Shown here piece after piece: positions 52,337-65,168 of a stretch of DNA of 248,000 nucleotides. Source of the stretch: Hyalangium minutum. Lineage in GTDB: Bacteria; Myxococcota; Myxococcia; Myxococcales; Myxococcaceae. The notes under the pieces are model-generated. The model was not told where the DNA came from. It was given only the letters and a program-made list of their open reading frames with translations, and did no database searches. The DNA lies in contig NZ_JMCB01000006.1 of NCBI RefSeq assembly GCF_000737315.1, forward strand, positions 20,001 through 268,000. Direction: 5' to 3'. The translations under genes were made by a program, and so were the position numbers. Each line of letters begins with the position of its first letter. The stretch's first letter is position 1.

Positions 52337-54187
52337 TCACTCCAGCAAGCGCATCACGACCGCCGAGGGCCCCTCTAGTCGCACGACACTGTCTCTCAGC
52401 GGAGACGTCTCCACGGCTCCACCGAAAGCAGGCGCCTCGCTCCACAGCACGACCTGTGCACGCGAGCCCGCAGGCAGGCGCTGCTCGAGCAAACCCTTCA
52501 CGTTGATGAAGGCAAGCAGCCGCTGACCCGCGCCTCGGCGCTCGAGGACGAGCGAGCTTGGGCCTAGCGCCCGCGCCTCGTAGCTGCCCCGGCTCTTCTC
52601 CTTCAGCGCGGGCTCGGTGGCGCGCAGCCACAGCAGCTCCCGGTAGAGCGCTCGGATCTGCGAGTGCGGCGGGCGCTCAGCCTCGGACCAGTCGAGGCGC
52701 GAGCGCTCGAAAGTCTCCTTCGCCTGCGGGTCTGGCACGGTGTCGCCCGCGAAGCGCTTGAAGCCGGCGAACTCCTTGCGGCGGCCCTCGGTGACGAGCC
52801 GCCCCAGCTCCTCGTTGTGGTCCGTGAAGTAGAGGAAGGGCGAGCGGGCGTTCCACTCCTGGCCCATGAACAGCAGCGGCGTGTACGGGGACAGCAGCAG
52901 CAGGGTGCTCATCGCCCGGTAGGCCGCCGGTGTCACATCGTGGCCGAGCCGCTCGCCATGGGCGCGGTTGCCCACCTGATCGTGGTTCTGGGTGCAGTGG
53001 ACGAAGCACCGGGGCGGTAGCTCGCCCGCCGGCGTGCCCCGCGCGTGGCCCTGGTTCTTCGACACCTGTCCCTCGTAGAACCAACCCTGACGGAGCGTGC
53101 GGGCGATGTCCTCCGCGCTGCCCGTATAGTCCTGGTAGTAGCCCTCGCTGTCGCCCGCGAAGGCGCGGCGCAGCTGGTGGTGCAGATCATCCGCCCAGAC
53201 GCCGTCCAGCCCCAGGCCGCCCGCAGAGGCCGGGCGAGGAAGCCGGGCCTCGTTACGCTCGTCCTCGGCGATCACCACCACGCGGCGTCCCGGCGCGGCG
53301 GCGCGGGCCCGGGCGGAGATCTCCGTCAGCAGGTGCGGCGAGCTGTCATCCACGATGGCGTGCGCCGCGTCCAGCCGCAGGCCGTCGGCGTGGTAGTCGC
53401 GGATCCACATGTCCACGTTGGAGAGCACCAACTCCCGCACGGGCGCGGAGTCCTTCCCGTCGTAGTTGACGGCATCCCCCCACGGGGTGTGGTGGCGGCC
53501 GGTGAAGTAGTGCGGCGAGTAGCAGCGCAGGTAGTTCCCGTCCGGCCCGAAGTGGTTGTAGACGGCGTCAATGAGCACGGCGAGCCCGTGCGCGTGCGCG
53601 GCATCGATGAGCTGGCGCAGCCCATTCGGACCGCCATAAGTGTGCTGCGGGGCGAACAGGTCCACCCCGTCGTAGCCCCAGTTGCGCGCGCCCGGGAAGC
53701 TGGCCAACGGCATGAGCTCCAGGGTGTTGATGCCCAGCTCTCGGAGCCCCTTCAGCTGGGGAATGAGCGCCTGGAAGGTGCCCTCGGGCGTCGCGGTGCC
53801 CACGTGCACCTCGTAGATGACGAGCGCATCCGGGTCCGGCCCCTTCCAGCCCGCGTCCGACCAGGCGAAGTCCGGGACCACCACCTCGGAGGGACCATGC
53901 ACGCCCTGCGGCTGGGAGCGGGACCAGGGGTCCGGAAACGGACCCTCCCCGTCCACGCGCAGCTTGTAGCGCACTCCCGCGCCCTGGCCCTCGAGCACGG
54001 CGCTGAAGTAGCCGCCCGGCTCGGCCGTCATCGGCAGCGCGCGGCCCGGCTTTCCCTCCGGGTCGTGCAGCACCACCTCCATGCTCCGGTGCTCGGGGGC
54101 CCAGACCCGCCACCGCACCCGAGGCCCTGCCTCCACCCACGCCCCCAGCCGAGGGACCGCTGCCCGTGACTCCTCCACTTGCGCCAT
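52337..54187 (-). CDS. treZ: Malto-oligosyltrehalose trehalohydrolase
   Basis: GH13: YEVHVGT, NWGYDG, DAVYNHFGP, LRLDAAH, QNHDQVGNR. Confidence 0.95.
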   Translation of the reverse strand: MAQVEESRAAVPRLGAWVEAGPRVRWRVWAPEHRSMEVVLHDPEGKPGRALPMTAEPGGYFSAVLEGQGAGVRYKLRVDGEGPFPDPWSRSQPQGVHGPSEVVVPDFAWSDAGWKGPDPDALVIYEVHVGTATPEGTFQALIPQLKGLRELGINTLELMPLASFPGARNWGYDGVDLFAPQHTYGGPNGLRQLIDAAHAHGLAVLIDAVYNHFGPDGNYLRCYSPHYFTGRHHTPWGDAVNYDGKDSAPVRELVLSNVDMWIRDYHADGLRLDAAHAIVDDSSPHLLTEISARARAAAPGRRVVVIAEDERNEARLPRPASAGGLGLDGVWADDLHHQLRRAFAGDSEGYYQDYTGSAEDIARTLRQGWFYEGQVSKNQGHARGTPAGELPPRCFVHCTQNHDQVGNRAHGERLGHDVTPAAYRAMSTLLLLSPYTPLLFMGQEWNARSPFLYFTDHNEELGRLVTEGRRKEFAGFKRFAGDTVPDPQAKETFERSRLDWSEAERPPHSQIRALYRELLWLRATEPALKEKSRGSYEARALGPSSLVLERRGAGQRLLAFINVKGLLEQRLPAGSRAQVVLWSEAPAFGGAVETSPLRDSVVRLEGPSAVVMRLLE

Positions 54188-54512
54188 GCCTCTTCCTTTA
54201 ATGCGTGCCTGTCGTACCGAGGAGCACCTTGCATCAAAGTCCCTCCCTCTGGCGCCGGAAGATGTTCAGTGGTGGCCTACGGCACTGCGGACTTTGGGAC
54301 AGCCCCGGAGCCAGCTCACTCCAGGACCAGCTGACCATGGCGCTGGCCCCATACCGGAACTGAACCTCTGCTGACAGGAGCCGCCGAGCCGGGTCCCTAG
54401 CAAGCAACCGCTGCGCGAGCACCTCGATCTCCATGAGGAGATCCAGCACTGGGCTGGTCAGCGCGGTGGGCTCGTCCTCGACCTGCACGAAGAGCACCTG
54501 CCGAAGCGCTCC

Positions 54513-56306
54513 TCACCGCTTCGAGAGGAACTGGCGCTCCCACTCCTCCAGCATCCTCGCCAGCTTCATGCGCTGCGCTCCTGTCGTCGCGGCGTCCGCC
54601 ATCTTCTGGATCTCCATCAGCCGGGCCATGGCAGGAGAGAAGACGGCTTGCTGGTCCTTCCGGCTCAACCGAATGGTTGCGTCCGCCAGCCGCTGCTGCA
54701 GCACGTCCGGATTGAGCTCGATGTTGGGCGTGGCAGGTGGGGCGGCCGGCTCGGGAGAGACCATGAGGGTGGGTGCCTCAGAGGCTTTGGCTGTCGAACT
54801 CTTCGACAGAGTTCCTGGCTGCTGCACACCGGAAGGAGGAGGCGAGGCTTGGACTCCGTTCGCCGTGTCCCGCCCAGGAACCTTCGCGGGCTCGGTCAGG
54901 GCAGCCTCCTTGCTCTGCGGCACAGCCCTCCCTCTGGGAAGAGCCGAAGGGCGCCTTTGCGCCAAGTGATCCTCCTTGGGAGGGGGCTGCACAGCCTGGG
55001 TGGCTATCACTGGCTCAACAGCCCTGGGCGCCTCCGCCTGCTGAGGAGGCGGGGGCGCCTGAACCGGCGGCGCAGGTTCCTTCTCGGCCCGGGCCACGGG
55101 GGGTGGCTCCGTGGGCAAAGCCCTTCGGCCAAACCCGCTCAATCCCACCACGCCTGAAGCAACTACCAGGGACGCGGCCCCCAAGCCCATGACCCACAGA
55201 CGCCTGGAGGGCTTGGAGGGCACAGGGGCCGTGGCCGGTCCACGCAAGGACGCGGTGGCTCCCGCGAGGGAAACGGGCGTCAGCAGGGTAACGGTGGGAG
55301 GGTACACAGGCTCTGCCGCAACCTGTGACCCCTTCCCTGCGCCCGTGTCCTGTCTCGAGAGAAACGCATCGAGTTCCCGCCGCACTTCCTCTGCAGACTG
55401 GAAGCGTTGCGAGGGGCGCTTGGCGAGCAGCCTCAACACAATGCGCTCCAGTTCCAGCGGAACCTCCGGCGCCAGCCTGGACGGCTTCGGGGGCTCTTCT
55501 TCCACCTGCGCGAAGAGCACCTTCATCTGCTCACCGATGAACGGGCGCCGGCCTGTGAGCAGCTGGAAGGCAATCACTCCCACGGCGTAGAGGTCCGCGG
55601 TGGGCTCCACCTTCTCACCCCGGATCTGCTCAGGCGACATGTACTCGGGAGTTCCCAGAATGTGGCCTGACATGGTCAGAGCGCTGACGGTCTGGGACTG
55701 CGTCACCTTCGCGATTCCGAAGTCGAGCAACTTCACGGAGTGCGCGCCCTCGGCCTCCTGCTTCAGGAACACATTGCCGGGCTTCAGATCGCGGTGAATG
55801 ACGCCCCCGCGGTGCGCCGCCCCCAGCGCCGCGAGCATCTCATCGAGGATCTTCGCCGCCTCAATGGCGCCGAGCCTCACTCGCTTTCGGAGATAGGCGT
55901 CCATCGACACTCCGTGGAGCAGCTCCATCACCACATATGGGCGGCCGTCGAAAAGCTGCCCAAAGCCAAAGATGTCGATCACTCCCCGGTGCTGGATGGC
56001 GTTGACCACTCGCGCCTCTACCAACAGCCGCTTGACCAGTTCCCCTGCTTCAGCCAGCTCCGCCTTCAGGACTTTGATGGCGACCTGCTTCCCAATGAGT
56101 GGCTGGACGGCCCGGTAGACGATCCCCATGCCGCCCGCGCCGATTCGTTCCTTGATGATGTACTCGCTGACCTGCGTCTCAAGGAGTGGATCCCCCCCTT
56201 GCTCTGGAGGAGACGAAGGCTCCAAGGCATGACCGTCCCATGGGCAGAACACCATGCCACTCGGCAGCTGCTTGCTGCAGGCTGGGCACTTCATGGCCTG
56301 CTCCAT
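54513..56306 (-). CDS. Ser/Thr protein kinase with N-terminal zinc ribbon and TM
   Basis: CPAC..CPWD, HRDLKPGN, DFGIAK. Confidence 0.93.
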   Translation of the reverse strand: MEQAMKCPACSKQLPSGMVFCPWDGHALEPSSPPEQGGDPLLETQVSEYIIKERIGAGGMGIVYRAVQPLIGKQVAIKVLKAELAEAGELVKRLLVEARVVNAIQHRGVIDIFGFGQLFDGRPYVVMELLHGVSMDAYLRKRVRLGAIEAAKILDEMLAALGAAHRGGVIHRDLKPGNVFLKQEAEGAHSVKLLDFGIAKVTQSQTVSALTMSGHILGTPEYMSPEQIRGEKVEPTADLYAVGVIAFQLLTGRRPFIGEQMKVLFAQVEEEPPKPSRLAPEVPLELERIVLRLLAKRPSQRFQSAEEVRRELDAFLSRQDTGAGKGSQVAAEPVYPPTVTLLTPVSLAGATASLRGPATAPVPSKPSRRLWVMGLGAASLVVASGVVGLSGFGRRALPTEPPPVARAEKEPAPPVQAPPPPQQAEAPRAVEPVIATQAVQPPPKEDHLAQRRPSALPRGRAVPQSKEAALTEPAKVPGRDTANGVQASPPPSGVQQPGTLSKSSTAKASEAPTLMVSPEPAAPPATPNIELNPDVLQQRLADATIRLSRKDQQAVFSPAMARLMEIQKMADAATTGAQRMKLARMLEEWERQFLSKR

Positions 56307-56615
56307 GGCATTTCCCCCAGCGGGTCGCTTGAGTCTCCAGAGTGGTGCCTCCAGAAGAGACGACGAGAGCACAAGGTCAAGCGTGCCTCACTCCCACTTT
56401 CGTACCAGCGAGCCTCTGCGCGTCCAGGGTTTGGGTTTCAACGAGCCCCCTGCTGAGCAAGTGGGCTCTGGGAATGCACGCCCTGGGTAAAGGAAAGCAG
56501 GCGGCCCACCAGGGCCCCGGTAGGAGGCCTCCCCCCTGAGCAGGGCAGCAGACACGGTCCGCCTCCCGGCCTCTCCATCCTTACGGTGAGTGGGAGAAAC
56601 GGGAGGCAGAACGCC

Positions 56616-56999
56616 ATGCATCACACCCGGGAAATTCCTCGCGAGGTCTGGTCCGACTATCTCACCCTGCTGAGCGGCATGAACCGCTCCCAGTGGGTTC
56701 GCATCGAGGCGGCCAGTATCGACATTGGTGAACAGCCCTTGGCCCAGCGCCTGCCGCTCATCGACATCTCCTACGTGGAGAAGGGCAGCGGACGAGATGC
56801 CATCGAGGTGACGGTGGGCCGTCCAGGCGAAGAAATCACCCACCGCATCTTCCACCCGGAGCGCATCTACGCGGACGAGAGTGAGAGCGGCGAGCTGGAG
56901 TGCCTGGACATCGAAGACACGGGGCGCACCAAGACGATCATCTTCTTCGAGCCCATGCAGGCCATCGACACGGTCTCGGACACGCAGCCGCAGGCCTGA
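56616..56999 (+). CDS. DUF5335 family protein
   Basis: EIPREVWSDYL, LPLIDISY motifs. Confidence 0.7.
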   Translation: MHHTREIPREVWSDYLTLLSGMNRSQWVRIEAASIDIGEQPLAQRLPLIDISYVEKGSGRDAIEVTVGRPGEEITHRIFHPERIYADESESGELECLDIEDTGRTKTIIFFEPMQAIDTVSDTQPQA

Positions 57000-57013
57000 G
57001 CGGCCGCGCACCC

Positions 57014-57050
57014 AAAAGAAAAGGGGCGGACCCCGCGAGGAGCCCGCCCC
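57014..57050 (-). terminator. Intrinsic terminator of the S8 peptidase gene
   Basis: ggggcgg...ccgcccc hairpin with A-run 57014-57022 (U-tract on minus strand). Confidence 0.75.
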
Positions 57051-57075
57051 AGAATGCCCACCCAGCTCTCAGGAA

Positions 57076-58626
<1,551 letters not shown>

Positions 58627-58738
58627 GGGGGATGGCCCGCAAAGACAAAGGCCAGAGCCGCGCCCCGTTGAGGAGCACGACTCCGGCCTTCAAGACTCCG
58701 CCGTGGCTCAAGTGGCCACGGAGTTCTTTGAAATCAGC

Positions 58739-59536
58739 TTACGGGTAGAGAGCGCGAGCGCCAGTCTTGTCGGAGCTGGTGAGGACCAGGTCGCCCGAGT
58801 TCGTGCCGGCGCACTGGGGGTAGTGCATGACCGACTTGGAGTCGTAGCTGGTGAGCGCGCGCCAGTTCGCATCCTCGTAGCAGCCGGTGGAGGACAGGCG
58901 GGTGTGCTCGTGGCGGAAGCCGATGGTGTGGCCCAGCTCGTGGCGCAGGATGCCGGCCAGGGTGTAGGGCGAGATGCTGCCGAAGGCGCTGGTGCTGATC
59001 AGCACGTTGCGGGCCGAGCGGCCCGAGTTGGGGAAGAACGCGCGGGCCAGGTAGCTGGTGTCGCTCGTCTGGCGCACGTCGAACAGCACGCCCGTCTGGC
59101 TCGCGGTGCAGTTGCTGTCGTAGGTGCTGGAGTGCACGAAGTTGACGTTGGCCGTGGCCTCCCAGGCGGAAGCGGCGCTGGTCATCGCGTTCACCACGGT
59201 GCTGTAGCGGCTGCCGAAGCTGGAGCTGCTCACGCAGTAGGTGAGGTTGCGCGCCTGGGTGGAGCTCCACTTGATGTCGCCGCCGATGTAATACACGGCC
59301 AGCTCGCCCTCGCTGTGGTTCGCGGCGACGTTGTTGTCGTAGTACTCCTTGAGCGCCTGCTCGTTCTCCACCGCGATGTCCATGTCGACGATGTAGACGT
59401 CGCCGTCACCCTTGACGGCCGAGGCCTTGAACTCCTCCCACGACATGGGCGTCTTCTCCTGCGCCATGTCCTCGGAGCCACCACAGCCAAAGAGGGCCAG
59501 ACCCGCCAGCATCGCAACGGAACGGAACTTGAGCAT
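58739..59536 (-). CDS. M57/matrixin-like zinc metalloprotease lipoprotein
   Basis: Lipobox LFGC, HELGHTIGFRHEH, Met-turn SVMHY. Confidence 0.9.
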   Translation of the reverse strand: MLKFRSVAMLAGLALFGCGGSEDMAQEKTPMSWEEFKASAVKGDGDVYIVDMDIAVENEQALKEYYDNNVAANHSEGELAVYYIGGDIKWSSTQARNLTYCVSSSSFGSRYSTVVNAMTSAASAWEATANVNFVHSSTYDSNCTASQTGVLFDVRQTSDTSYLARAFFPNSGRSARNVLISTSAFGSISPYTLAGILRHELGHTIGFRHEHTRLSSTGCYEDANWRALTSYDSKSVMHYPQCAGTNSGDLVLTSSDKTGARALYP

Positions 59537-59833
59537 TCGTCTTCCTCGGGAAGCACTTCGGGGGATTGAGCCGGCCGCCTGGGACACCTGCAGCCGCGGC
59601 CGGCGCGCCTCTCCCTTGAGCAAGGCCCGGGCCAAACCCCAGGACAACGAAAAATCAGGGTTTACCCAGCAGAGAGGGGGAAACCCGGAGTGCTCAGACT
59701 CCAATATTCTGAGACAAATCTGTAAAAGAATGTGACAGTCCTGCGAACAAGTGCCCGGAGAGACACCGAAAGTGTGACTTGCGAGGCCCTGACTCAAAAC
59801 AGGACAGGAGCGTCCTGGATTGAGACACCCCGC

Positions 59834-62800
59834 TCAGCGGGCCCGGCCCACGAGCGCGAGGAGCTGGGCGCCATAGCGCTGCACCAGCTTGGGGCCCACG
59901 CCCGGGATGGACATGAGCGTCTCGTTGTCCGCGGGGCGCGTGGCGGCGAGAGCCCCCAGCACGCGATCCGTGAGGATGCGGAAGGCGGGGATGCGCCGCC
60001 GCTTGGCCTCGCCCAGGCGCCACGCCTTGAGCGCCTCGACCAGCGCGGGGGAAGGCATGGGCTCGAAGGCGCCCGGCCCGGAGCGCCCGCCCCGCCCACG
60101 CCGCACGCCTACGTCATCCTCGTCCCACTCGGTGGTGAGCTCGGAAGAAGGCTCGGAAGAGGGCTTCGGGGTGCGCTCCCACGCGGAGGCACGCCGTGGC
60201 TTCTCCGAGCGCTTCGTCGCCGCCTGGGTGCGGCGGACGCGGCGCTTCTTGGGAGCCTTGGCCTGAGGCGCGGGCGCTGCTGGGAGCATCACCACATCCG
60301 GCGCGAGCACACGGGTGCGCTGGCCATCGGGGGTGAGCGTCAGCCGCTGGAAGGTGATGCGCTGGCCGTCCTTCTCGAAGGCGTCCTCGCTCAGCCGGGC
60401 CAGCCCGGCGCGCACGAGCCCTCCCACGAGCCGCTCGAACTCCCGGCGCGGCAGGGACTCACCAAAGAGCTCGCGGTGCAGGCGGCCCGTGGCCTGTCCA
60501 TCCCGCTCGTGCAGCGCGTCCAGGATGCGCCCGAGCGACTGAAGCTCACCCTCACCGGGCTCGGCGAAGCGCAAGGTGACGCACGTCTCAGGGGCGCACA
60601 CGTCACACAGCCCACAGGCCCTGCCCGAGTCCTGCACATCACCGAAATGCTCCACCAGGTGCCGCATCCGGCAGCCCGAGGCCTCCGCGTACCGGCCCAT
60701 CTGCTCCAGGTGGAGCAGCTTGCGCTCACGCTGGGCCCCATAGGGGGTGGCCCAGCCAGGCCGTCCCCGGTGGACCTGCTCATCTGGCGTCATCACCAGG
60801 CCACCGTGGATCCACAGTTGCTCGACGGCCTTGTCGAAGACCTCGGGCTCCATGCGGACCCGGGCCTGGAGCGCCTCCTTGGGCTCCAGCTGCTCGCGAG
60901 CGGCGCGGTAGAGGCCTTCGAGGACGCGGGGCTCGGGGTAGTCGCGTTGGTGGAAGAACTCGTGGGTGCGACGATCCACATAGGAGTGGAGCAGCACGGC
61001 GCGGGACAGCTTGCCATCCCGCCCCGCGCGTCCCAGCTCCTGGTAGTAGCCCTCGAGGCTCGAGGGCAGCGCGGCATGGAGCACGGTGCGCACGTCCGCC
61101 TTGTCGATGCCCATGCCGAACGCGGTGGTGGCGACGATGACCTTCACGCGGCCCTCGAGGAACGCGGCCTGGACGCGGTCTCGCTCCGCGGGCTGCATGC
61201 CCGCGTGGTACACGGCGGTGGGAAAGTCCGAGCTCAGCACCTCCGCGAACTGCTCGGCGTGCTTGCGCGTGGAGGCGTAGACGATGGCCGGGCGCCGCTC
61301 CGGTTCGGAGAGCACGTCACGGATGGCCTCGCCGCGCTGGCTCGGGGTGAGCTCGCGCACCTCGAGGGCGATGTTGGTGCGGCGGAAGCCGTGGATGAAG
61401 GTGCGCGCCGCGCCACCTCGAACGCCCTTCAGCCCGAGCTGCTGGACGATGTCCTTCTGCACGTCCGGCGTCGCCGTGGCGGTGAGGGCCACCACGGGGG
61501 CGGGGCGCAGCAGGGGCAGCCGCGCGCCGAGCAACCGGTAGTCGGGGCGGAAGTCATGCCCCCACTGGGAGATGCAGTGAGCCTCGTCGATGGCGATGAG
61601 CGCGGGCGGGCGGCGGGCCAGCAGCTCCACGAAGCCGGGCACGCCGAGCCGCTCGGGCGCAATGAAGAGAAAGTCCAGGTGGCCCTCGAGGTAGTCCGCG
61701 CACACCTGCCGGGAGGTGGCCCTGTCCCGCCCCGAGTGGATGCGCTCCGCCGCGAACCCGAGCGACTGGAGCCGCGTCACCTGGTCCTCCATGAGCGCGA
61801 TGAGCGGGCTCACCACGAGCGTCGTCCCCGCGCGCGCCAGGCCCGGCAACTGGTAGCACAGCGACTTGCCCGCTCCGGTGGGCATCACCAGCAGCAGGTC
61901 CTCCCCCATCGTGGCGGCCCGGCAGACATCCTCTTGATAGGGCCGGAAGTCTTCGAAGCCGAACGCCTCCTTGAGAAGCTTGCGGAGCTCACCGGGCGGC
62001 GTAGGGGCCCGAGGCACACGGCGAGGCCGGCCCGTCGCCGCCGCGGGTGCCGCCTCTGAACGCGCCCGAGAGGGAGACGCGGCACTCCTCTCGGGAGCCT
62101 CTCGCGAAGGCACCTCACCGGGTGCCACGGAAGCGGGCCGGGGAACCGGGGGCGGCCTCGGCGGCGAGCCCATGGGCACCTTGCCCACCACCTCGATGAC
62201 ATAGGCCTCGATGCTGCGCAGGAAGTCGGCGAGGTCGCCGCGCCCGCGCTCGATGCGCTGGAGCCACGCCTCCCACTGCCCCGTCATCGCGGGCGACTTC
62301 ACATCCGGATGAACGACCTCGATGAGCCGGATGCCCTTCTCCGTCGCCTCCAGCGACTTGCCCCGGCGGTGCAGGTATTCGCGCTCCAGCAGCACCTCGA
62401 TGATGGCGGCGCGCGTGGCCGGAGTGCCCAGCCCGGTCTCCTTCATCGCATCCGCCAGCTCCTTCTCATCCAGCGCCTTGCCCGCCGTCTCCATCGCCGT
62501 GAGCAGCGAGGCGTCCGTGAGGCGCGGTGGCGGCCGCGTGCGCTTCTTCACCGCCTCCACGTCCTCCACCTTCTGCGGCTGCCCCTGCTTCAGCCCGGCA
62601 GGCAGATCCTGCGAGTCCTCCTCCTCCTTGCCCTCGCCCTCCTCCTTGTCCTTCGCGTCCTTGGCGGTGCGCTCCTTGGGAGGCTTCACCCCGCCCACGT
62701 CCAGCACCTTCCACCCCGCGCGCACCACCTGGGTGCCCGAGCTGTGGAACCGGTCCACCCGCGCCGCTCCACCGGCCGGCCCCTGCGAGCTCACCGCGGT

Positions 62801-64246
62801 GATGACGGTGGTGACGGACCAGAGGTGGTCCTCGTGCCAGGCCGACAGCAGCCGGCGGCACACCAGCTCGTAGATGCGCCGCTCGTCCTGAGACAGCTGC
62901 ACCCCGTCCGGCGAGGTGGGCGTGGGGACGATGGCGTGGTGGTCCGTCACCTTCGAGTCATCCACGAAGCGCCGTCCCAGGGGCCGCTCCCCCGTGCCGG
63001 CCGCCAGCAGCGGCTCGTAGGGCCTGCGGATGGCTCGCACCACGTCCGGCAGCGTGGCCGCCACCTCCGCCGACAGGTGCCGGCTCGAGGTGCGCGGGTA
63101 GCTCAGCAGCTTGTGCTTCTCGTACAGCGCCTGGGCCAGCTCCAGCGTCCGCTGCGCGCTGTATCCATAGAGCCGGTTCGCGTGCCGCTGCAGCTCCGTC
63201 AAGTCATACAGGAGCGGCGGCGCCATCTTCTTCGTCTCGGAGGTGAGCGATTCAATGGATGCGCGGCCCGTCTTCACCCGCGCCATCACCTCGCCCGCCT
63301 CCACGCCGTCCGCCGCCAGCCGCCGGGCCTCGCGCACGCCCTCGCCCAGCTTGGCGCCCGTCTTCGGATCCACGTCGCGGAACCACGTGCCCCGGTACCG
63401 AGTCTCGTGCGGCATCCCCGCCGCCTGCGGCGCGAAGGTGGCCACCACCTCCAGGTAGTCTTCGGGGACGAAGTGGCGGATGGCCAGCTCGCGCTCCACC
63501 ACCATGGCCAGCGTGGGCGTCTGCACCCGCCCCACCGACAGCATGTCCCCGCCCGCCAGCGTGTAGAGCCGCGACAGGTTCATCCCCACCAGCCAGTCCG
63601 CCCGGCTGCGTCCCTTGGCCGCGTCCGACAGCGCGTCGTACGCACTGCCGTCCTTCAACTGCCGGAAGCCCTCGCGGATGGCGCTCTCCGTCAGCGACGA
63701 CACCCACAGCCGCTTCACCGGCTTGCGGCACCCTGCCGCCTCATAGATGTAACGGAAGATGAGCTCGCCCTCGCGGCCCGCGTCCGTGGCGCACACCACC
63801 GCAGCCACCTCGGGCGCGTTCATCACCTCGCGCACCACGGAGAACTGGGAGCGCGTGCCGTCGGCCACCATCAGCGGCCACTCGCGCGGCAGCATGGGCA
63901 GCTGCTCGCGGCTCCAGCGCTTCCACTCGGGACGAATCTCGTGCGGCTGGGCCAGCCCCACCAGGTGGCCAATGGCCCACGTCACCACATAGCCATTGCC
64001 CCGGAACCAGCCCTCCCCGCGCTGCGAGGCACCCAGCGCCCGGGCAATGTCCCGCGCCACGGCCGGCTTCTCCGCCACCACGGCCAGCACGGACGCACCC
64101 CTCCTCGGAGTGGCCTCCCGGCCCCCCTCACGCCCCACCTCCTGGGTCCTCTCGCTGTCGAGCCCTGCGCCCATCGCATCCCACCTCATACCAGCCCCTC
64201 CTACGTCAACCCTCCCCGCCCCGATGCGCTCGGGCTCCCTCGGCAC
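59834..64246 (-). CDS. topB: DNA topoisomerase III - RecQ helicase fusion
   Basis: AEKP TOPRIM, DAGREGE, GRVQTPT, SYPRT; then [21 protein letters not shown], Zn-Cys, HRDC; start may be 64174 or 64090. Confidence 0.92.
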   Translation of the reverse strand: MPREPERIGAGRVDVGGAGMRWDAMGAGLDSERTQEVGREGGREATPRRGASVLAVVAEKPAVARDIARALGASQRGEGWFRGNGYVVTWAIGHLVGLAQPHEIRPEWKRWSREQLPMLPREWPLMVADGTRSQFSVVREVMNAPEVAAVVCATDAGREGELIFRYIYEAAGCRKPVKRLWVSSLTESAIREGFRQLKDGSAYDALSDAAKGRSRADWLVGMNLSRLYTLAGGDMLSVGRVQTPTLAMVVERELAIRHFVPEDYLEVVATFAPQAAGMPHETRYRGTWFRDVDPKTGAKLGEGVREARRLAADGVEAGEVMARVKTGRASIESLTSETKKMAPPLLYDLTELQRHANRLYGYSAQRTLELAQALYEKHKLLSYPRTSSRHLSAEVAATLPDVVRAIRRPYEPLLAAGTGERPLGRRFVDDSKVTDHHAIVPTPTSPDGVQLSQDERRIYELVCRRLLSAWHEDHLWSVTTVITAVSSQGPAGGAARVDRFHSSGTQVVRAGWKVLDVGGVKPPKERTAKDAKDKEEGEGKEEEDSQDLPAGLKQGQPQKVEDVEAVKKRTRPPPRLTDASLLTAMETAGKALDEKELADAMKETGLGTPATRAAIIEVLLEREYLHRRGKSLEATEKGIRLIEVVHPDVKSPAMTGQWEAWLQRIERGRGDLADFLRSIEAYVIEVVGKVPMGSPPRPPPVPRPASVAPGEVPSREAPERSAASPSRARSEAAPAAATGRPRRVPRAPTPPGELRKLLKEAFGFEDFRPYQEDVCRAATMGEDLLLVMPTGAGKSLCYQLPGLARAGTTLVVSPLIALMEDQVTRLQSLGFAAERIHSGRDRATSRQVCADYLEGHLDFLFIAPERLGVPGFVELLARRPPALIAIDEAHCISQWGHDFRPDYRLLGARLPLLRPAPVVALTATATPDVQKDIVQQLGLKGVRGGAARTFIHGFRRTNIALEVRELTPSQRGEAIRDVLSEPERRPAIVYASTRKHAEQFAEVLSSDFPTAVYHAGMQPAERDRVQAAFLEGRVKVIVATTAFGMGIDKADVRTVLHAALPSSLEGYYQELGRAGRDGKLSRAVLLHSYVDRRTHEFFHQRDYPEPRVLEGLYRAAREQLEPKEALQARVRMEPEVFDKAVEQLWIHGGLVMTPDEQVHRGRPGWATPYGAQRERKLLHLEQMGRYAEASGCRMRHLVEHFGDVQDSGRACGLCDVCAPETCVTLRFAEPGEGELQSLGRILDALHERDGQATGRLHRELFGESLPRREFERLVGGLVRAGLARLSEDAFEKDGQRITFQRLTLTPDGQRTRVLAPDVVMLPAAPAPQAKAPKKRRVRRTQAATKRSEKPRRASAWERTPKPSSEPSSELTTEWDEDDVGVRRGRGGRSGPGAFEPMPSPALVEALKAWRLGEAKRRRIPAFRILTDRVLGALAATRPADNETLMSIPGVGPKLVQRYGAQLLALVGRAR

Positions 64247-64569
64247 ATTCTTCCTTATTATGCGGGGCCGACATCGGGCCCTCCTCTCTCACCCCACCTG
64301 GGGAGGCAGCTTGCCCTGCCTCCGGGGAGACTACCCCTCACCTCCCGTGAAGTTCTCCTCCTCCGTGCTTGCGCCTCACCTCCTGGGAGGGGTGGCCTTG
64401 CCAGCCCGTGGCGTCCTCACGCAAGTGTTTGGCGTTGGCCCGGAAACCTCGCACGGGTGTTTTGTCCATCATGCACTTCGGCTGCTGCCAGGGGCTATCG
64501 AGTCCGGACAGCGGGGGGGAGCTCCGCAGAGAGGCAGTGCCCCAAGGCCCGTTCACCGGAGAGTCCAGC

Positions 64570-64953
64570 ATGCAGTCGCATTGGCAGCACCGTTCAAGTC
64601 GGAGGGACGTTGTTCCCGGGGGAGAGACCCGAACGGTCCTGCGGTGGGAGTTTGGTGCGAGCGCGCAGAAGCCCCTGCGCCTGAACCGCCCCTCCTCGGC
64701 GACCCGCTCCCTGGGCTCGGGCCTGGGCCCCTCGCCGTCCCACCTCGTCGCGCTGGCGCGGGCGAAGCGCCGGCAGCGGGAGGTGCTGGAGACGGCGGGA
64801 CTGACGGCCTCTCTGAACGAAACGGTGGAGGGGGAGACTCGCCTCGCCTCGCTGTGGCCGGCCCGGGAGCCCTTCTCAGGCTCCGTGCTGCGCCCCGGGG
64901 CCCGCCGGGTCTTCACCCTCCACCCGCCTTGTCCGCCAAGGCTGCGGAGCTGA
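64570..64953 (+). CDS. Hypothetical protein
   Basis: ATG preceded by ggag; no recognisable motif. Confidence 0.35.
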   Translation: MQSHWQHRSSRRDVVPGGETRTVLRWEFGASAQKPLRLNRPSSATRSLGSGLGPSPSHLVALARAKRRQREVLETAGLTASLNETVEGETRLASLWPAREPFSGSVLRPGARRVFTLHPPCPPRLRS

Positions 64954-65128
64954 ACGCCACCGTCCGGGTGGCCCTTTGTGAAGTGGGAGGATGAGGGGGT
65001 GCCAAGGACCCCGTCATCCCTGGGCGTGGAGGGAAGGTCCCTGCTGCCGGGCAGGGCCCTTCAAGTGGGAGATTCTGAAGCGGGGCTGCTCACCGGGAGG
65101 GGGGAGCGGCCCTGAGTCTGGATCGGCG

Positions 65129-65168
65129 AGGGGGGTGCCTCGACAGAGGCATCCCCCTTGGCTTTTTC
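65129..65168 (+). terminator. Intrinsic terminator
   Basis: 13-bp stem aggggggtgcctc/gaggcatccccct, GACA loop, followed by tggcttttt. Confidence 0.8.

Noticed and set aside
64954-65168. Identification as Pxr, 6S or SRP RNA
   Set aside because: Lacks SRP consensus and 6S rod shape; flanking genes are not those I associate with pxr
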